NCBI GenBank assembly: GCA_951406725.2 | Contig: OX597832.1 | Coordinates: 3,596,001 to 3,660,000 of the forward strand | Length of the DNA: 64,000 bases | Direction: 5' to 3' | DNA from: Octopus vulgaris | Lineage: Eukaryota | Shown here: in pieces, positions 1 to 12,979 of the stretch | Layout: each line of letters opens with the position of its first letter | Position numbering within the stretch: position 1 is the stretch's first letter | Notes under the pieces: generated by a model | Told to the model about the DNA's origin: nothing | Databases searched by the model: none | What the model saw: only the letters and a program-made list of their open reading frames with translations | Translations under genes and position numbers: made by a program

Positions 1-2832
1 AGATAGATAATGAATAACTTTAATTGATTTTCGAATCTTATTGTATTCTCATCACATCTGTTTGATCAGTCCCAGAAAAACAAGCTATCACCCTGTTTAT
101 GTACTCAACAATTTCAGTAGCTTCAAGAAATTAGGGCTACTAATTTGCATACCATAAGTGTTTAACAAACTTTGAAATGTTGAGTGGGTGGTATTTTTAG
201 ATCTGAAGATATCTCAAACTCAGTGGTTGTGAAAATGTCTTTGAAGATGGAGCAAAAATAATTTTATAAGGAGGAAAAAAAAAATGGCCAGCATGCTGCT
301 ATGTAGGACTGAACTCTGTACCTCCCAAATTCTGACTGAACACTCTATCCTTTGACATAAATGGCCCCTGACAACAGATACTGTCTTTTATAATGCTAAA
401 TAATACGTTTTGGAATGAGAACATTTTTATAAACAAACATTGAAGCACTGAGTGGTTGGTACCTTTTAGACATGAAGAATTTGATTTTCCATAGCAGCTT
501 CCTGGCCACTTGTTTCCATCTTATAAGGGTATTTTTACCCAATGTCTTAAGCTGTTTCACAGTCATTCTCCTGTGTTTGACATTTCTTCATATCTGAAAA
601 ATACCAACTACTTCATACTTTGGTGTTTGTTTATGAAAATGTTCTCAAACCAAAAGTCAGCTTTCCTTCTCAGGAACAGAAAATACACCAGCTCTAATCA
701 ATTGCTAGTTCTTTACAAAGCTCACTATGCCTAATAAAAGAATATTGTTACTATACTTGAAACAGTGATGCTGCACAAAAATATCCTAGACTGCGCTGGA
801 AAGAAAACCATTTAACTGATTCACAATCATTTGCTCATCAACATATTAAAATCCACAAATTTACTGTTACCCTTCTCTCCCTGCTTCTTCTCTCTCTCCT
901 ACATGTGGCCTTATTGCTTAACAAAGAAACTGTAAACAAGTTAGTTACAAGCCACCACCACACAAGCCCAAGTGACACACTTGACTCTCTGCTTTTAATC
1001 ACCTTTACTTTTTGCATCTTTCTCCAATATCCAATACAAACTACAATCCTTCCTCTTAATTTTAGTAACTTTCAGAAATTTCCTTTCACATGTGTTTCCT
1101 ACAGATGCTAATTTACAGCTATCTGCTATACTGCTGACAAAAGTAAAGGGCACAGTACTTGATGTAAATAAGCTAAATGATTCCCTTTCCAGTCTCATCC
1201 CCACCATATATTCCAGGCCTTGACTTGGGAGTAAACACTTTTTTATCCCCATCCTTTTCCAAGGATTGACTTCAAAGGGAATTTTGTTGTCTTCGTTATC
1301 ACAAGTCATACTTGAATGTTAACCACATTAAATGCATTTACTCAAACTAAATAATACTCTTAGTTTAAATCTTCTTCAAATTAAATAATAATCTTGAGAT
1401 ATAAAGCCTGTTTTTGCCAGTAACATTGCAGCTAAACTGAGACATTCAAATGTGTCTGGTCCAAGGACTAAATGAAATTCTTATATCATCATCTAATGTC
1501 TGCTTTTCATGCTGGCATGGGTTGTATGATTTGACAGGAGTTGATAAAGTCATCAGGTTCCATTGTCTCTATGGACATGGCTTCTATGGCTGGATGCCCT
1601 TCTTAACACTAACCATTTTACAGTGTGTCCTGGGTGTTTTTGTGTGCACCAGCACCAGTGTTTTTTACATGGCACCAGCACTGGTGTTTTGCTTGTAGCA
1701 AATGCAAAACCATAACTGACAAATGATACTTTATGCTGCTGGTCAATCTTCCTTGTGTCTTCCTGGTAACTATGAACAGCATTTTAATTCAATTTCTCTG
1801 CACCTGTGTGGGTTATATTGTTCCATTTTAATAGGCTTTATACATTAACATCATATTGCTTAATAACAGAATAACACTTAGAATATTTAGGGCAATGTAT
1901 GTATGTATCATCATCATCATCATCATCATCATCGTTTAATGCCCGTTTTATAAGCATGTACACTAAAAAAAATTTGTAACTTAATCAAATTGTATTAAAG
2001 CAGCAGCCATTCACATAATAGTTGAATAATAGATAACAGATATACTCTGAGGTTTTGCTATTAAAAGGTTAAACTATTTATTATATTAATACTGGAGAGA
2101 TGAGACACTAATCCAACTGAATAAGAATATAACATCATCATTGCAATCTGTTGAACAAATCCTCAAACATGGAGCAGTTTATATTGACATTTTTATAAGA
2201 ACAACATTTGTTCAGTACCATGACTATTTTCCAGTTGTGCCATGTCATAAATTTCAGAATTTAAAGCACTATGTAACAATAGCTGATATAAATGTTGGTT
2301 GGTTGCTTGGCTGGTTGATATCTACATTCAATCTTACATCATATAGAGAGATTGTAAAAAAAGAGTCCTAACATAAGAGGTGTTGGATGAATGGAGAGAA
2401 TAAGAATCATAGAAACAAAGAGAGGGGGTGAGGGAGGGAGAGGAGGGAGGAGGGAAGAAGAAGTAAATTACAGAGTAGTTATGGAAGTAGTTATACAAAT
2501 GAGAAATTTGTATTATTTAATTTGTGTTATTTAATTTGATTTATTTAATTGTAAAAGGCAATGAATATATTTCTTTTGAATATTAATATTCATTTCATTA
2601 TTTTGTATATGCAACAAGAAATTTTGTTAAAGTTAAATTATAATTAGTATATGTATGCTATATTTTATGATATTACCCAAAGCAGCAAAAGTGTACTTCC
2701 AAAGTTACCTGTCATATGATAGTTAGTATTTTACCATAAATGGAATTACTGTAATCTAATATAATTCATCTATACATTATTTTATGATTTTGATTTTGAT
2801 TAAATGGTTTATCATATGTCTTCTTTCTATAG

Positions 2833-2977
2833 GGATACCCAGGTGTTGATGGATCACCTGGACGTCCAGGACCAAAAGGAAGCTCAGGATTCCCTGGTCC
2901 AGAGGGATTGAACGGACAGCCAGGAATAAATGGATTGACTGGTCTTCCTGGAACAGATGGATTACCTGGATTACCCG
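2833..2977 (+). CDS. COL4A1: Collagen IV exon, triple-helical region
   Basis: tag|GGA...CCC G|gtata; translates [48 protein letters not shown]. Confidence 0.9.
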
Positions 2978-3321
2978 GTATATAAATTCATGTGGTTTTT
3001 TTTTTTAAAGCAATCCGATATATAAAATAAATGGCTTTAATAATCTAAAGAACTTATGAAATAAACAGTCCAAAGGCCCTCTACTCAAGTGACTTGGAAG
3101 ATGTAGCAGCCAAATTGTCTTCAGATCTCATGGTACTATCTTTAAAACAGAAAAGAACATTTTGCATCATTCATATATAAAAAAAAAAACACGCTAATGA
3201 GATGGTCAAAGTTCAGTCAGCAAAATTGGCCAGGCAGGATTCATATTCAAAATGAAAGTGATGGAACTAAATATTACAAGCCCAACAATACCTCTGTAGC
3301 AGTAGAAATAGTAATGGTTTA

Positions 3322-3484
3322 AAATTTTGGTACAAGGCTAGCAATTTATTTATTTTATCAACTCTGAGAGGATGAAAAGCAAAGTCAAACTTAGTGGAAT
3401 TTGAACCCAGAATGAAAAAAATAGATGAAATGCTGCTAAGCATTTTGCCTGGTGTGCTAATGATTGCACCAGCTCACTGCCTTT
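3322..3484 (-). mobile_element. tRNA-derived SINE (family B, Meta-domain-like core), decayed
   Basis: The minus strand has a tRNA-like head followed by a CTTTCATCCT...GATAAAATAA core. Homologous to copies at 15801, 49943, 51252 and 51793. Confidence 0.6.
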
Positions 3485-3931
3485 AATCATCCTAATAATG
3501 ATAATTATAATGATTATAATAATGCCTTCTAATTTTGGCACAATGCCTGCAATTTTAGGGGGGATAGGGTAAGTCAATTACTATGACCCCACTAACAATT
3601 GTTTCTTTCTTTAGCCACAAGGGCTAACAGAAATACAGAAGATACAACAAACCTAAAAGAACAAGGTCTTTATAATACCTGTGGGACTGGACAAAGTTAT
3701 GAAAAATGAGAGGAGTGGTAAAGACTAGAGGAGGAGTAAGGATGAAGAGAGGAGTAAAGACAAGGGGTTGGGTAACGATGTGTTTAGGAGTAAAATGTTG
3801 TAAAATAGAGATATTAAAAATTTTCTGGAATAAAACAAAGAATGAATAAATATTTTGGTCATTTAATTATATAATATACGAAATTTGTAGAATTTAAGAC
3901 TCATCATCAATTTTTGTATTTTGGAACACAG

Positions 3932-4045
3932 GTGATGAAGGTATACCTGGTGAACCTGGTCTCCCACCATACTCTGAAAAGGGTGCTCAAGGGGATCCAG
4001 GCTTTGATGGACCAAGAGGAGATTCTGGCCTTAGAGGATTGCCAG
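3932..4045 (+). CDS. COL4A1: Collagen IV exon, triple-helical region with a Gly-X-Y interruption
   Basis: cag|GT...CCA G|gtaag; GDEGIPGEPGLPPYSEKGAQGDPGFDGPRGDSGLRGLP. The PYSEK interruption is typical of type IV chains. Confidence 0.92.
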
Positions 4046-4180
4046 GTAAGGATGAAATACTTCACATTTTTTTAGTTATCTTCCATATCTTTATCTTTCT
4101 TCAGATATTTCATGACATATTTATACATATGCTAAAATAAAAAATGATAAATTCCTAGAGATAAAGAGATATAATTTAAT

Positions 4181-4229
4181 TGTGTGTGCGTGTATGTATG
4201 TGTGTGTATATGTGTGTGTGTGTGTGTGA

Positions 4230-4306
<77 letters not shown>

Positions 4307-4321
4307 GTATATATATGTATG

Positions 4322-4388
<67 letters not shown>

Positions 4389-4572
4389 GTGTATGTATAT
4401 ATATGTGTATGTATATATATGTGTATGTATATATATATGTGTGTGTATATATATATATGTGTGTATGTATATATATGTGTATGTATATATATATGTGTAT
4501 GTATATATATGTGTATGTATATATGTATGTATATATATATGTATGTATATATATTTATATATGTATGTATAT

Positions 4573-4613
<41 letters not shown>

Positions 4614-5081
4614 TATGTATGTATATATATATATATATGTATATACATATATATATATGTATGTATATATATATATATGTATATACATATATATATATAT
4701 GTATGTATATATATATATGCATGTATATACATATATATATATATGTATGTATGTACATATATACACGTATATACATATATATATATGTATGTATGTATAT
4801 ATATATATGTATATACATATATATATGTATGTATATATATATATGTATATACATATATATATATGTATGTATATATATATATGTATATACATATATATAT
4901 ATGTATGTATATATATATATGTATATACATATATATATATGTATGTATATATATATATGTATATACATATATATATATATGTATGTATATATATATATGT
5001 ATATACATATATATATATATGTATGTATATATATATATGTATATACATATATATATATATGTATGTATATATATATATATG

Positions 5082-5114
<33 letters not shown>

Positions 5115-5122
5115 ATATATAT
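4181..5122. repeat. ~940-bp compound microsatellite (TG/TA/TATG/TACA)
   Basis: Direct reading; source of the long Y/I/C/M/V pseudo-ORFs. Confidence 0.97.
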
Positions 5123-5494
5123 AATACAAAAATCCCGCTCTGTGTGTGTTTGAGGGTAAAAGATTATGATGGCCATACTTTTCAACTGATTTTCTCTAAA
5201 CTGGGAACATGCATTATTTATATTCCAGGGATGGTTTTAGACTCTTAAAATTTTTCACATAATCAGTAGCGGGTCCCCTGGGAGCAGAAAATACTCGATC
5301 CTGAATTACTTGGAGAAAGGAGGTAGCTCTTTGTGAAGTAACGTCTATGGTCCATGCTGGCATGGGCTGGAAAGTTATTAATGTAGAAAGTTGGTATCTC
5401 AGCTACTAGCAGTTAAGACCTGCATAATCTAGACTGCATTTTTAAACTTACTTCATTATACTCTTAACCCGGGCAATGTCGGGTATTTCTGCTA

Positions 5495-5495
<1 letters not shown>
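5115..5495 (+). mobile_element. Non-autonomous Helitron-like element
   Basis: 3' end CCCGGGCAATGTCGGG hairpin, then CTAG|T at 5492-5496, the same terminus as 55271 and 46694. The 5' boundary is approximate because it is embedded in (TA)n. Confidence 0.6.
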
Positions 5496-5535
<40 letters not shown>

Positions 5536-5601
5536 CAAAGACAGAAGCAGCACTTGAAAGTTTGCATAGATAAAAAGTGTTCTAATAATTACGATACCCT
5601 A

Positions 5602-5804
5602 CAAGAAGGTACTGAAAAGTTCCTGGCTTTGGGTAAAAGAAAATACAGGAGGATCAGTTAATTATGATTTTATTCAACATATTCCCTTCTCAGATTCATA
5701 CACATATTGCAGCAGACCATGTTTTTCTAAGCCCAGTAAAAGTACTTGGAAGGTTGGGCCTTTCGCAGCACTCTTAAAGCCAGGAATTTTTCAGCACCCC
5801 CTCG
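5602..5804. mobile_element. Mariner-type MITE (~200 bp)
   Basis: Imperfect ~29-bp TIRs CAAGAAGGTACTGAAAAGTTCCTGGCTTT / AAAGCCAGGAATTTTTCAGCACCCCCTCG, flanked by TA on both sides. Confidence 0.75.
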
Positions 5805-6147
5805 TATTGACTGCTGTGTACTGAGTTAGCTATAATAGTGCAAAGGGATGCACTTGCTGTAATAACTATCACATTGCCATCTACTCTGTGACAATCTGTT
5901 ATGCATATTGTGTTGGCTCATGTAAGACTCTCTAGAAAACATCTACATTGTTAACTGTTGCACATACTTCTATAAAACATTTGTAATGAGAAATGAAACA
6001 TGGTCATTGATATATATTCCACAAGAAGCTTACCATTATTTATATAATGCAAGCATTTTGGTTATCTAATTATGTTATATATTCAAACTATTGTTATTTC
6101 TGTATTTTTATTTATAATTTAAATACTATATCATTTGAAAATTCCAG

Positions 6148-6355
6148 GTGATGTAGGCCTTGATGGCATTCCAGGATTGCCAGGAAGCAGAGGTTCAAGA
6201 GGACTTCCAGGTGTCGATGGATTGAATGGAGCTGATGGACATTTAGGTAATCCTGGTATTTCAGGTTTAACTGGACTTCCAGGTAGTCAAGGTCTCCCTG
6301 GTGATCAAGGACCTCCAGGTCCAGATGATGGAGCATTGGGAATTTTATTTGCCAG
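6148..6355 (+). CDS. COL4A1: Collagen IV exon, end of helix and start of NC1
   Basis: cag|GT...GCC AG|gtaag; [16 protein letters not shown]...[16 protein letters not shown] (overlaps ORF 6135..6359). Confidence 0.93.
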
Positions 6356-6569
6356 GTAAGTTTGTTTGTTAGTGACTTGCAATACAGCTGTTGCAAACAG
6401 GTAGATGTTCAATCTATCTGTTTGCAACAGCTGTATTGCAAGTATTCTATTTTCAAATCATCCTGGTTCGGTTTTCTTTGTCATTAATTCCTTTGAGGTT
6501 AATGAAAGACAAATCAGTATATATTGTTTTGTCAAGTTAATTTTATGATCTTACAAAATTCTCCACATA

Positions 6570-6732
6570 GGCACAGGAGTGGCGGTCTGGTAAGTAGCTT
6601 ACTTACCAGCCACATGGTTCCAAATTCAGTCCCACTGTGCGACACCTTGGGCAAGTGTATTCTACTATAGCCTCAGGCTGACCAAAGCCTTGTGAGTGGA
6701 TTTGGTAGACGGAAACTGAAAGAGGCCTGTCG

Positions 6733-6763
<31 letters not shown>

Positions 6764-6990
6764 GCGTATGTGTTTGTGTGTCTGTGTTTGTTCCCCCCCA
6801 ACATCGTTTGACAACCGATGCTGGTGTGTTTATGTCCCCGTATCTTAGAGGTTCGGCAAAAGAGACCGATAGAATATGTACTAGGCTTACAAAGAATAAG
6901 TCCTGGGGTCGATTTGCTCGACTAAAAGCGGTGCTCCAGCATGGCCGCAGTCAAATGACTGAAACAAGTAAAGAGTAATAAAAAAGAGTA
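6570..6990 (+). mobile_element. tRNA-derived SINE (family A, with internal microsatellite)
   Basis: A/B-box-like head, CCTTGGGCAAGTG core, internal (TA)/(TG) tract, tail TGACTGAAACAAGTAAAAGAG; more than 10 copies in the window. Confidence 0.85.
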
Positions 6991-7080
6991 AATGTTGTTA
7001 AAGAAATTGTTTTATTTATTTATTTATTTTGATTAATCAATAAATAATAAATAATAGGGAATTTGGATTTTTTTTTGTAG

Positions 7081-7193
7081 ACACAGCCAGAGTACTGGAG
7101 TCCCTGAGTGTCCTGTAAGATCAACAAAACTCTGGGCAGGATACTCTCTTCTTTTCTTAATTGGCAATGGACGTTCAGCATCACAAGATTTAG
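7081..7193 (+). CDS. COL4A1: Collagen IV NC1 exon
   Basis: Poly-T gtag acceptor and gtcagt donor; (R)HSQSTGVPECPVRSTKLWAGYSLLFLIGNGRSASQDL(G), the canonical NC1 start. Confidence 0.93.
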
Positions 7194-7854
7194 GTCAGTA
7201 ATATGTTGTTACGTTTTGATTTCATTTTGGAAAAGAATATATATGATAAGCTGAATTTTCTTGAAATTACACCTTACAATAAAAAGACTCCTAAAAATAA
7301 AAGGGAAGTTTTCCATGTTGCCATAGTCTGGCTGGTTTGACAGGAGCTGGTAAGGCCAGGGGCTGCACCAGGCTCCATTTTGGCAAAGTTTCTACAGTTT
7401 ATTTAGCCTTTCTCTGAAATAAAATTGAGGTAATAATTCAAGTAGAGAAAATGCTGGTCTGACAATCAAAGAATAATGATTACAAACAAGTTTGGGTCGA
7501 TTCATTTTCATTGTTCATTCAGATTCACTTATGTCTGTCAGTTGAGTTGTTTATATATCTATACAAATTTGGAAGCTGTCAGATGAGGAATTCTAGAGGT
7601 TTTCAGATTTAGATTTAGATGCATTTCTCTGCTCTTTTGGATTACATTTAAGACATGCCCTAAAACTATCTAGCTCTCCTAAAAATAAATGACTCTCCTA
7701 AAAATAAGTGACTATGTGATTCTCTATAAACTATGTAATTTTCATGAAATGGCTTCACATATAAATAAAAAATGGATTGTGAATTTGGATTTTGCTAGGA
7801 GCTCACTAAACATGAGCGGAGCCTACTTAATATCTAATTATTATTCTGCAAAAA

Positions 7855-8949
7855 TTATTAAATGACCTTTGCCCGTCTATTAAGTAATTTAAATGTTCTA
7901 TCGGCGTAAAATTTGACTGATTTTGAAGCTAAAAAGTTATCTAGATGCATTTTGACTCCATCTAAATCATTAAATGTTTTCTCTTGCAATGGGTTCTGTA
8001 GAAACAAAAGCAAATGGTAGTTGGATGAGGTAAGAGATACCAACCACATGTGGTTGGGCATCGTCTTGTTGGAACTCTACCCCTTTCCTATTGGCAATCT
8101 CTGGCCTCAGTTCTTTGATTTTTATTGGTTCAAATTAGCCAGCTGATGACAGTACACAGAATTAATGGTCTGGTTTTGTGGGAGTAGCATATTATAAATA
8201 ATGCCTTAATAACACAAAGCATAACTTTTTTGGCATGGATATTCTTCTTTGGTTGCTGTTTTGGGGGATCCTTATGCAAACTCCAGGATTTTTTTTGACT
8301 ATGTTTTCATACACAATCCATTTTTCATCACCAGTTCAAGTTGTTTAAAAAAAGACATGCTTTCATTTCATTTCAAAAGCATATCACAAACAGCAATTCT
8401 TTTCTGAAAGTTTGTGAGGGACCCACACATTATAGCAAGAACTGTATCCTAGCTTCACTAGGTTTCCATGAGCCGTACTTTTAGAAACTTCCAACTCCTC
8501 TGTAAGTTCTCTAGTTGTGATATTTGAGTTTTCTTGGCTTTTTACCCTTCAAAACATCTTCATCCAATTTTGAAGGTCTTCTACTGTGACTATCATCTTT
8601 CAAGCTGAACTTTCCAGCTTTAACTTTTGCAAACCGCCTTTGAACAGTTGATTCACCTACAGCATCATCATCATATATTTCACAAATGTTTTTGCAAGTC
8701 TTTGCAGCATTTTCTCCTCTTTTGAAAAAGAAAAGCATTACAACACAAATATGAAAGTTTTGGTTATCCATTTCAAATGTCAATAAAGGGTAACAAAATG
8801 AAAGATAAATCTATTTTTGTCAGAAACAAAGAAGAAATGCACTACCACTTCATGCAAGGCCAAAGTTTTAACTGTTACGTTTCAGGTGTGTTCAATGAAG
8901 CATTAAAGGATTTGGCTTAAAATGCTCAGAACTTCTCAGACAACATAAT
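7855..8949 (-). pseudogene. Decayed mariner (Tc1/mariner) transposase in a collagen intron
   Basis: ORF 8511..8783 gives the mariner N-terminal HTH (FKRGENAAKTCKNICEIY...VGESTVQRRF...SRRPS). ORF 7858..8061 gives the C-terminus (NYHL...F...LDNFLASK..FY). Multiple frameshifts. Confidence 0.8.
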
Positions 8950-9236
8950 ATTTCTTTCGAAATCATTTGCTTAGCTACAAAATGAATCAAGGCTTGAAAA
9001 AAAAAAATGGTTATAAAAACATAAGCAAATCTCTATCTTCATTCAATAAATGCCAACATACAAGAAGGTAAAAAAAATATCACAAACAATTCACAGAAAT
9101 ATTATGCACAAAAATGTTTCTTATTCAAGTTTTCTAACCTTAAACATTTCAATTTTATAAATATTTTAAAGTTTTCTGAATTCTTTGAAACAATTTTTTA
9201 TGACATTGTAATTATTGATTTGTTTCATGGTTTCAG

Positions 9237-9442
9237 GTCAGCCTGGTAGCTGCTTAAGGAGATTTAATACAATGCCTTTCATGTTCTGTAACTTAAACAA
9301 CAGATGCACTGTTGCATCCCGTAATGACTACAGTTACTGGCTATCAACACCTGAACCTATGACAAGGATGATGACACCCATAGAAGGTGAAGATATTCGA
9401 TCTTATATTAGTAGATGTGCAGTTTGTGAAACAACATCACAG
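9237..9442 (+). CDS. COL4A1: Collagen IV NC1 exon
   Basis: ttcag|...CAG|gtaagt; [69 protein letters not shown]. Confidence 0.95.
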
Positions 9443-10669
9443 GTAAGTGAAATGATGTTCTGAATTTTCTGTAAGTATTATCATCATAATTTGAACCATC
9501 AACATCAAAGATAGTCTCCTTCTCTTCTTCCTACTTTAATAACAATAATAAAATCTGCATCTGCCAAACTAAGAGTTAAGATGTTTACAAATCCCGTCTG
9601 ATGCCAGATTATCTCTGTCAGACTTGAATTTTATAACTTTCTATTTCCTTCCTCATTTTAAATATAGTCAGCAAAAATCATTTTGAAGACAATGTAATTT
9701 GAAAGGACAAACACTGAAAGATTAAGTATAACAAGAAGGTTTGGAAATTAAAGAGCATTCTCTAAGTTGCATGAATTCTCAAATCATAAGCCCTTACTGC
9801 TACTACCTTCCATGAAGCAATTGTGCAAATAGTCTTTTTATTTCTTGGCCAATCAAAATTCATCCTTCTTGTAGATCAAGGTACCCTTTGTTATATTAAC
9901 ATAACAAGCATTGGTGATAGTACAAAGTTAATGCCTAACATAAGAGAGGGCTTTCAACATTATATATAAAGATGTCAATATAAATGAACAATTATTTCAT
10001 ACAATCATTATGTGCTTTAGGTTGGCTTTCAATTTACATTTTTAGCTCGTGATCAGATTTTAACACAGATTCAGGAGGTTGATAATGGCAAGCATACTAG
10101 ATATGCAATGTATACAGGTGATAGCTGCATAATCTAGACTTCTCCATCCTGCAGATAGTGTTCCATGGCAGTGCTTTTGAAAAATGTCTAGCATTCTGTT
10201 TTCCATGAATTCAAGCCTTTGTAGCTTATGCTATCGTTTGAAGTAACAAATCTTTTAGTTCTTGGTCTTGGTAACCTCAAATTTGATATTTGGTCTGAAT
10301 ACATACTATATATACATGACCTATTTTTTACAGCATCACTTAAGATAAACCAGTGCAGATCTGCATGCACATTATGACCTTCAACTAAGAAGATGTATAG
10401 ACTGTCTGGAACAATAGATCAGTAGATCGTTTGACTGGCCTGTGTTCCATAGATTTGTTTGCTCAAAACTAACAACTGCCATTCATTCATAGAATGTCTT
10501 CATACAAGCATCATTGTCAGTGTTACATAATTAATTAAAATAATACATAATTTAATTAAAATAATACAATTTGTTAAGCAATTTTAAAACATGTTATTAA
10601 TACTTAGAACTAGATGCTTAGTAATGTCTTTTTTCAAAATTATTTCTTTTTTTCAAAATTTTTCATTAG

Positions 10670-10756
10670 GTCCTAGCAGTGCACAGCCAAACAATCATGA
10701 TCCCTGATTGTCCTACTGGTTTCCAAACAATGTGGATTGGGTACAGTTTCATTATG
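10670..10756 (+). CDS. COL4A1: Collagen IV NC1 exon
   Basis: ttag|GTC...ATG|gtaag; [29 protein letters not shown]. Confidence 0.93.
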
Positions 10757-11669
10757 GTAAGAACATATCAATTTCTTTTAATATAACTTTGTCGATAATT
10801 AATTGCATATTATTTTTGTTTTTCCACTATTTCATGGAACAAAGTCTTAAAATTAAGGTCATGTGGGACATTGCAACCAAGAAAATGTTGATATTTTAAA
10901 CTAATTTAGCTGAATAAGTCAACAAATGTTCCCTATGGTTACTCAGTAACATAAAACAGTAGCCAAATTTTCCTCTTTATATACTGTCATTTTGAAAAAG
11001 AAAATGAGGGATGATCATAGATGGAATACATTGATCATAACTCAGCTCAATCATGGTTGACTTGGAGTTAAACAACAACAATTTTTGAGCTAAAAAAATA
11101 ATTACTGTTTCAACATGAGGATTGAAAAAAAGTTATTCTTAGGGAGAAGGGCTAACCTACACTATCTAACAATTCCTGAAAATGTCTGAAGATGAAAAAT
11201 AATTAAATATTAACAATAAAAAATAGATCTCTGTTTTTTTAAAATCCTCAAGAATCAATGTGAAAATAAAAGGTAATAGGTCATGGCTTAACTCAAATCT
11301 GCTGCTGGCATTTCATTGTGTCTCTGGAAAAGATGCACGAGTAGTTGCTCAAGAATTCCCAGAAAAGTCACCAACAATTAAGTATTTAGATGAATTCGTT
11401 TCTAATATGCTTAGTTTTTCAAAAGACAATTGAAGTAGTGCTCTTAATGTTTCTGATGATTTTACTAAATCTTACCAACTTATCAACAGTGTTATTATAT
11501 CTTAATGGAATTCACTGATGTATCAATGAATCTGAAAATATGCTACACTGTATTTTATTGGTTTATTTGTGTAGTTAAAATATTGAAATTGATTTATTTT
11601 AAAGATGTTTACTGTTAACACCTGATGAATTGCTCAATTTAAAAATTTTACATTTCTTTCTCATTTCAG

Positions 11670-11927
11670 TACACAAGTGGTGTTATTGAAGGGTCAGGTC
11701 AACCACTTGAATCACCTGGTTCCTGTCTTGAAGATTTCCGAAACCAACCATTTATTGAATGCCAGGGTGGTCGTGGCTCCTGTAATTATTATTCAACATC
11801 AGTATCTTTCTGGATGGCTACAATTGACCGTTCAGCTCAGTTCTCACGACCTTTGAGTGAAACACTGAAAGCTGGTGCACAACGTCGACGTGTAGGCAGA
11901 TGCAAAGTGTGTATGCGAGTATCTTAA
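11670..11927 (+). CDS. COL4A1: Collagen IV terminal NC1 exon, including the stop codon
   Basis: tttcag|TAC...TAA; [85 protein letters not shown]. Confidence 0.95.
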   Translation, partial: YTSGVIEGSGQPLESPGSCLEDFRNQPFIECQGGRGSCNYYSTSVSFWMATIDRSAQFSRPLSETLKAGAQRRRVGRCKVCMRVS

Positions 11928-12973
11928 CCTAGTGTTACTGTTCTATCACTGAATTACAGCCTAAGACTATGATAATAAAAAAAAATCACACTAATTCAAG
12001 TAACAAATGAACAACATTCAAATTGAGGGGAGAATGTATACTAAGTCAATGCAACATTGCTAAGCTACTAAGATCAATATTATTTTTCTTGCTGATGACA
12101 ACAATATTGAATTGTGGTTGCATCTTCAGTTAATTAATATTCGTTTTTGTAATATATTAGAAGCTGATCTACTGATGTTTATTCAGTTCTTCAAATGGTG
12201 CTAATACTGTGTCAACATCTTTTGGAAACTAAAAACTGAAGGAATCCTCTTTTCACTATTGTTATATTTTTTCTTTTATAAAGCTAAAGTCTAAAAGTAC
12301 TATATGACTTTTTTTCTTATTTACTCCCTGATACAAACAGTCATACACACAAACACAAATAAATGCATATGTGTGCATTTTCTCACATATACACTCATAT
12401 GTTTCTATCTCTCTTTCTACATGCACACACACACACACACCACATACACACACACACACAAACACACACACACAAATGTGTGAATGTGTGTGTGTGTATG
12501 GTAGGTTTAAATATATCAATATGTGTGTATTAATATTGATGTGATGGCCTGCTTTCCTATTTAATTGTAATGGGGTTTTCGAACATCTCACACATGTATA
12601 ATAATATATATCTGCTGTCTTTATCAAAGTTTGAAATCACTGCCAGAACTCTCAAGTTTTTACAAAGAAAAATATTTTAATGTCTCAGCATATGTGGGGA
12701 AAAATGAAAATATATTTACTTCTTAGGCATTTATGTTAACATACTTTCTCTTTTGAAAATACATGCAATATTCTTCAACCTAAAGCACGTGATAATATGA
12801 GGGAATTTCTTTCTTATATGATTTACAAAGATACAAGGTTTTAAAAGTATATTGTTATTCATGTTTTATTTTTTTAGTTTGTTTTTGTTTTTATTAAAGC
12901 ATCTGAACAAAGTCTAGTTATATTTAATTGGTAAAATAAAGGCAATAGTTTACATTCACCCTCTGATACTTTT

Positions 12974-12979
12974 AATAAA
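12974..12979 (+). promoter_or_regulatory. Candidate polyadenylation signal of the collagen IV gene
   Basis: AATAAA (another at 12935-12940) followed ~15-45 nt later by a GT/T-rich tract, ~1 kb after the stop codon. No transcript evidence. Confidence 0.35.

Larger units (their letters stand above)
2833..11927 (+). other. COL4A1: Partial (3') gene model of a type IV collagen alpha chain, 7 coding exons; the 5' part lies upstream of the window
   Basis: Seven AG/GT-bounded exons join in frame (intron phases 1,1,2,1,0,0). They give Gly-X-Y repeats followed by a complete NC1 domain ending CKVCMRVS-stop. The alpha1-like assignment is tentative. Confidence 0.93.

Noticed and set aside
200-245. CTGAAGA...GAAAATGTC hammerhead-like spacing
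   Set aside because: No stem II closure or stem I pairing. It is part of a decayed direct/inverted repeat structure (about 170-656) that looks like an old MITE.
288-370. tRNA-like sequence on the minus strand, and tRNA-like heads at 32984, 48678 and 49054
   Set aside because: No intact cloverleaf; these are SINE- or repeat-derived heads, not tRNA genes.
4121-5248. Long 185-354 aa ORFs on both strands
   Set aside because: They are translations of a compound TA/TG microsatellite that cannot encode stops. The same applies to similar ORFs near 25.2, 42.1 and 46.8 kb.
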